Source: Chlamydiales bacterium
GTDB lineage: Bacteria > Chlamydiota > Chlamydiia > Chlamydiales > SM23-39
Length of the DNA: 32,000 nt
Assembly (NCBI GenBank): GCA_965261025.1
Contig: OZ253438.1
Coordinates: forward strand, 1,050,001-1,082,000
Direction: 5' to 3'
Part shown: in pieces, positions 30,688 to 32,000 of the stretch
How positions within the stretch are numbered: the stretch's first letter is position 1
Layout: each line of letters begins with the position of its first letter
Notes under the pieces: model-generated
Database searches by the model: none
What the model was told of the DNA's origin: nothing
The model's input: the letters and a program-made list of their open reading frames with translations, nothing else
Position numbers and translations under genes: made by a program

Positions 30688-31740
30688 TTATTCTGCTGAA
30701 GAAAGCTCTAACGGAGGAATAATGTGTAAAAAAGAGAGGTCGTTCATAGAACTTAGGCAGGGGTAGGCTTCTATTTCATAGGTCAAGTCTCCCTCTTTTT
30801 GAGCAAAGACTTTAGAAATAAAAGCTACCTTTAACCCAGCAGGAAAAACCCCGTCGAGCCCCGTAGTGATAAGAAGATCTCCTTTTTTCAAAGAAAGACT
30901 CTCTACACCGGCTGAAAAATCAGCATCTCGAAACTGGTAGTTAAAACCACTTCCTTTTAAAAGAGGTCTTTTTTGTAAGCCTGTCAGATCAAAACTTCCT
31001 CTAAGCTCTCCCTTTAGTAGGTAAAAATCTTTGCCATTCTCCTGCTTCTCTTTTAGCTTTTCATAAAAGGAAAAGGCTTCTTTTTTCAAAAGATCTTCCC
31101 TATTTCCTAACCTTTCTGTAAGAGACTCTATCAAATAGGCAAGCTCTCTATCTTGAGAATCCCCTCTTAAGGCTCGAACGGAGATACTCATATGGCTATC
31201 TGTAATAAGCCGAATCCTACTTTTTTTCCTATCTACATAATCGACTACCCCTACCAAATAAGGACCACACAAAACAGGACTATTTTTTGCTATAATCAAG
31301 CGGCCCAAAGTTTCGTTTTCTCTCTCTCCTACATTCACCCAAAGAAACCGATTCCAGGAGGATATTTCTCTATAAATTACTCTTGCTAAAAGAGCCTGCA
31401 TTTGCCTTTCTAACAGCTTTTTTTCCTCTTCAGATCTTCTTTGAAAAAACTCTTTCCAATAAAGAACATTTTCTAACTCTTCCTTTTCTTTCAAACTACG
31501 TATTTTTTGCGTTTGCTCGTCAATACGGTTATCAAATAAAAGCCATTCATATAAAGCGCCTATTTTTTCTTGCAAAAGTTGATTTTCTAAAACAAGGCTC
31601 TGCTCTTTTTCTTCCCTTTCTTCGCAGATTGTTTCTGAAGGAATTACCATTTTCGCTCGGAAAGAATCTATCCAGCTTTTAGGAAGAGAGAAAACAAATA
31701 AAACAACTAAAACCAGTAAAAAATAGGAAAGGATTTTCAC
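30688..31740 (-). CDS. mreC: Cell-shape protein MreC
   Basis: 350 aa, GTG start. N-terminal TM, a coiled-coil segment (EKEQSLVLENQLLQEKIGALYE...), then beta-barrel domain motifs (SPVLCGPYLVGVVDYVDRKKSRIRLITD, GDLLITTGLDGVFPAGLKVAFISKV) typical of MreC. Confidence 0.8.
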   Translation of the reverse strand: MKILSYFLLVLVVLFVFSLPKSWIDSFRAKMVIPSETICEEREEKEQSLVLENQLLQEKIGALYEWLLFDNRIDEQTQKIRSLKEKEELENVLYWKEFFQRRSEEEKKLLERQMQALLARVIYREISSWNRFLWVNVGERENETLGRLIIAKNSPVLCGPYLVGVVDYVDRKKSRIRLITDSHMSISVRALRGDSQDRELAYLIESLTERLGNREDLLKKEAFSFYEKLKEKQENGKDFYLLKGELRGSFDLTGLQKRPLLKGSGFNYQFRDADFSAGVESLSLKKGDLLITTGLDGVFPAGLKVAFISKVFAQKEGDLTYEIEAYPCLSSMNDLSFLHIIPPLELSSAE

Positions 31741-32000
31741 TGCATTACTTTCTTTAAAGCTTGCAAAAGGTACTCTATATTTTTTTCACTAATTCCGCAA
31801 AAATTGATTCTCCCACTTTTCGGAAGATAAATACCGAATTCATTTACCAACTCAGAAACCATAGATTCTCTTAAAGGAAGCAAGGAAAAAAGCCCTTTTT
31901 GCTTTCGAATACTAGAAAATTTTTTTTCTCCGAGTCCCTCTACCAAAAGATCTCTTGCCTTTTGAATTCTAGCTCTCATAACAGAGAGATCTTCTTTCCA
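31737..32000 (-). CDS. aspC: Class I aspartate/aromatic aminotransferase, C-terminal 87 codons (N-terminus beyond the right edge)
   Basis: The reverse-strand frame is open from base 32000. It reads WKEDLSVMRARIQKARDLLVEGL...QKGLFSLLPL...ELVNEFGIYLPKSGRINFCGISEKNIEYLLQALKKV, the characteristic AspC/TyrB C-terminus (GMFSF...FGIY...GRIN.AG). Its TGA overlaps the mreC GTG. Confidence 0.8.
   Translation of the reverse strand, partial: WKEDLSVMRARIQKARDLLVEGLGEKKFSSIRKQKGLFSLLPLRESMVSELVNEFGIYLPKSGRINFCGISEKNIEYLLQALKKVMQ

Noticed and set aside
1-32000. Looked for CRISPR arrays, tRNA/rRNA/tmRNA, IS elements, integrases, phage genes, toxin-antitoxin pairs and known defence-system signatures.
   Set aside because: I found no spaced direct repeats and no cloverleaf-compatible sequence in any spacer (the largest is 217 nt). 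There are no transposase, integrase, nuclease, NTPase or small paired ORFs. The window looks like core genome, not an accessory island.

Overview
AT-rich, very gene-dense window. I call 30 protein-coding genes, two of them cut by the window edges, and only about 1.06 kb of the 32 kb lies outside these CDS calls. I see no rRNA, tRNA, CRISPR array, transposase, integrase or prophage remnant. All functional calls rest on motif recognition by eye in the supplied translations, plus my own translation of the left-edge gene. Nothing was searched.

Content from left to right:
- Minus strand: sdhA (partial), sdhC, tatD.
- Plus strand: a nine-gene co-directional string. It runs tolQ, tolR, tolA-like, tolB, pal, then without a break a coiled-coil/LysM lipoprotein, a canonical OmpR-type response regulator with no kinase, a glycine-zipper lipoprotein and a two-helix membrane TPR protein.
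- A DMT/EamA-type permease.
- An exported ~900-aa TPR protein and a membrane-anchored ITIH-like vWA protein with a degenerate metal site.
- rsmD.
- Minus strand: a minimal type II secretion locus (GspC-position protein, gspD, gspE, gspF, gspG, second pseudopilin), followed by an exported protein built of ~30 MORN-variant repeats.
- A small four-helix membrane protein.
- A GT4 glycosyltransferase translationally coupled to mutY, divergent from two tandem TagF-like (CDP-glycerol glycerophosphotransferase family) genes.
- mreC and the 3' end of an aspC/tyrB-type aminotransferase.

The local gene order (sdhC-sdhA beside tatD and tol-pal, gspC-like-D-E-F-G, aminotransferase-mreC) matches what I remember of Chlamydia genomes. 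I therefore infer a Chlamydiota origin (Chlamydia-related, reduced genome). The canonical OmpR regulator and the TagF-like genes argue against classical Chlamydiaceae.

Most worth following up:
1. The GT4 plus two TagF-like genes, which would imply a phosphodiester-linked (teichoic-acid or capsule-like) glycopolymer in a lineage not known for one.
2. The stripped-down T2SS, whose two pseudopilins both lack the near-invariant Gly(-1) processing residue and which is followed by the MORN-repeat giant as candidate cargo.
3. The kinase-less regulator fused into an envelope operon at the end of tol-pal.
4. The TPR/vWA pair.

I could not identify a clear-cut new defence, toxin or mobile system in this window.
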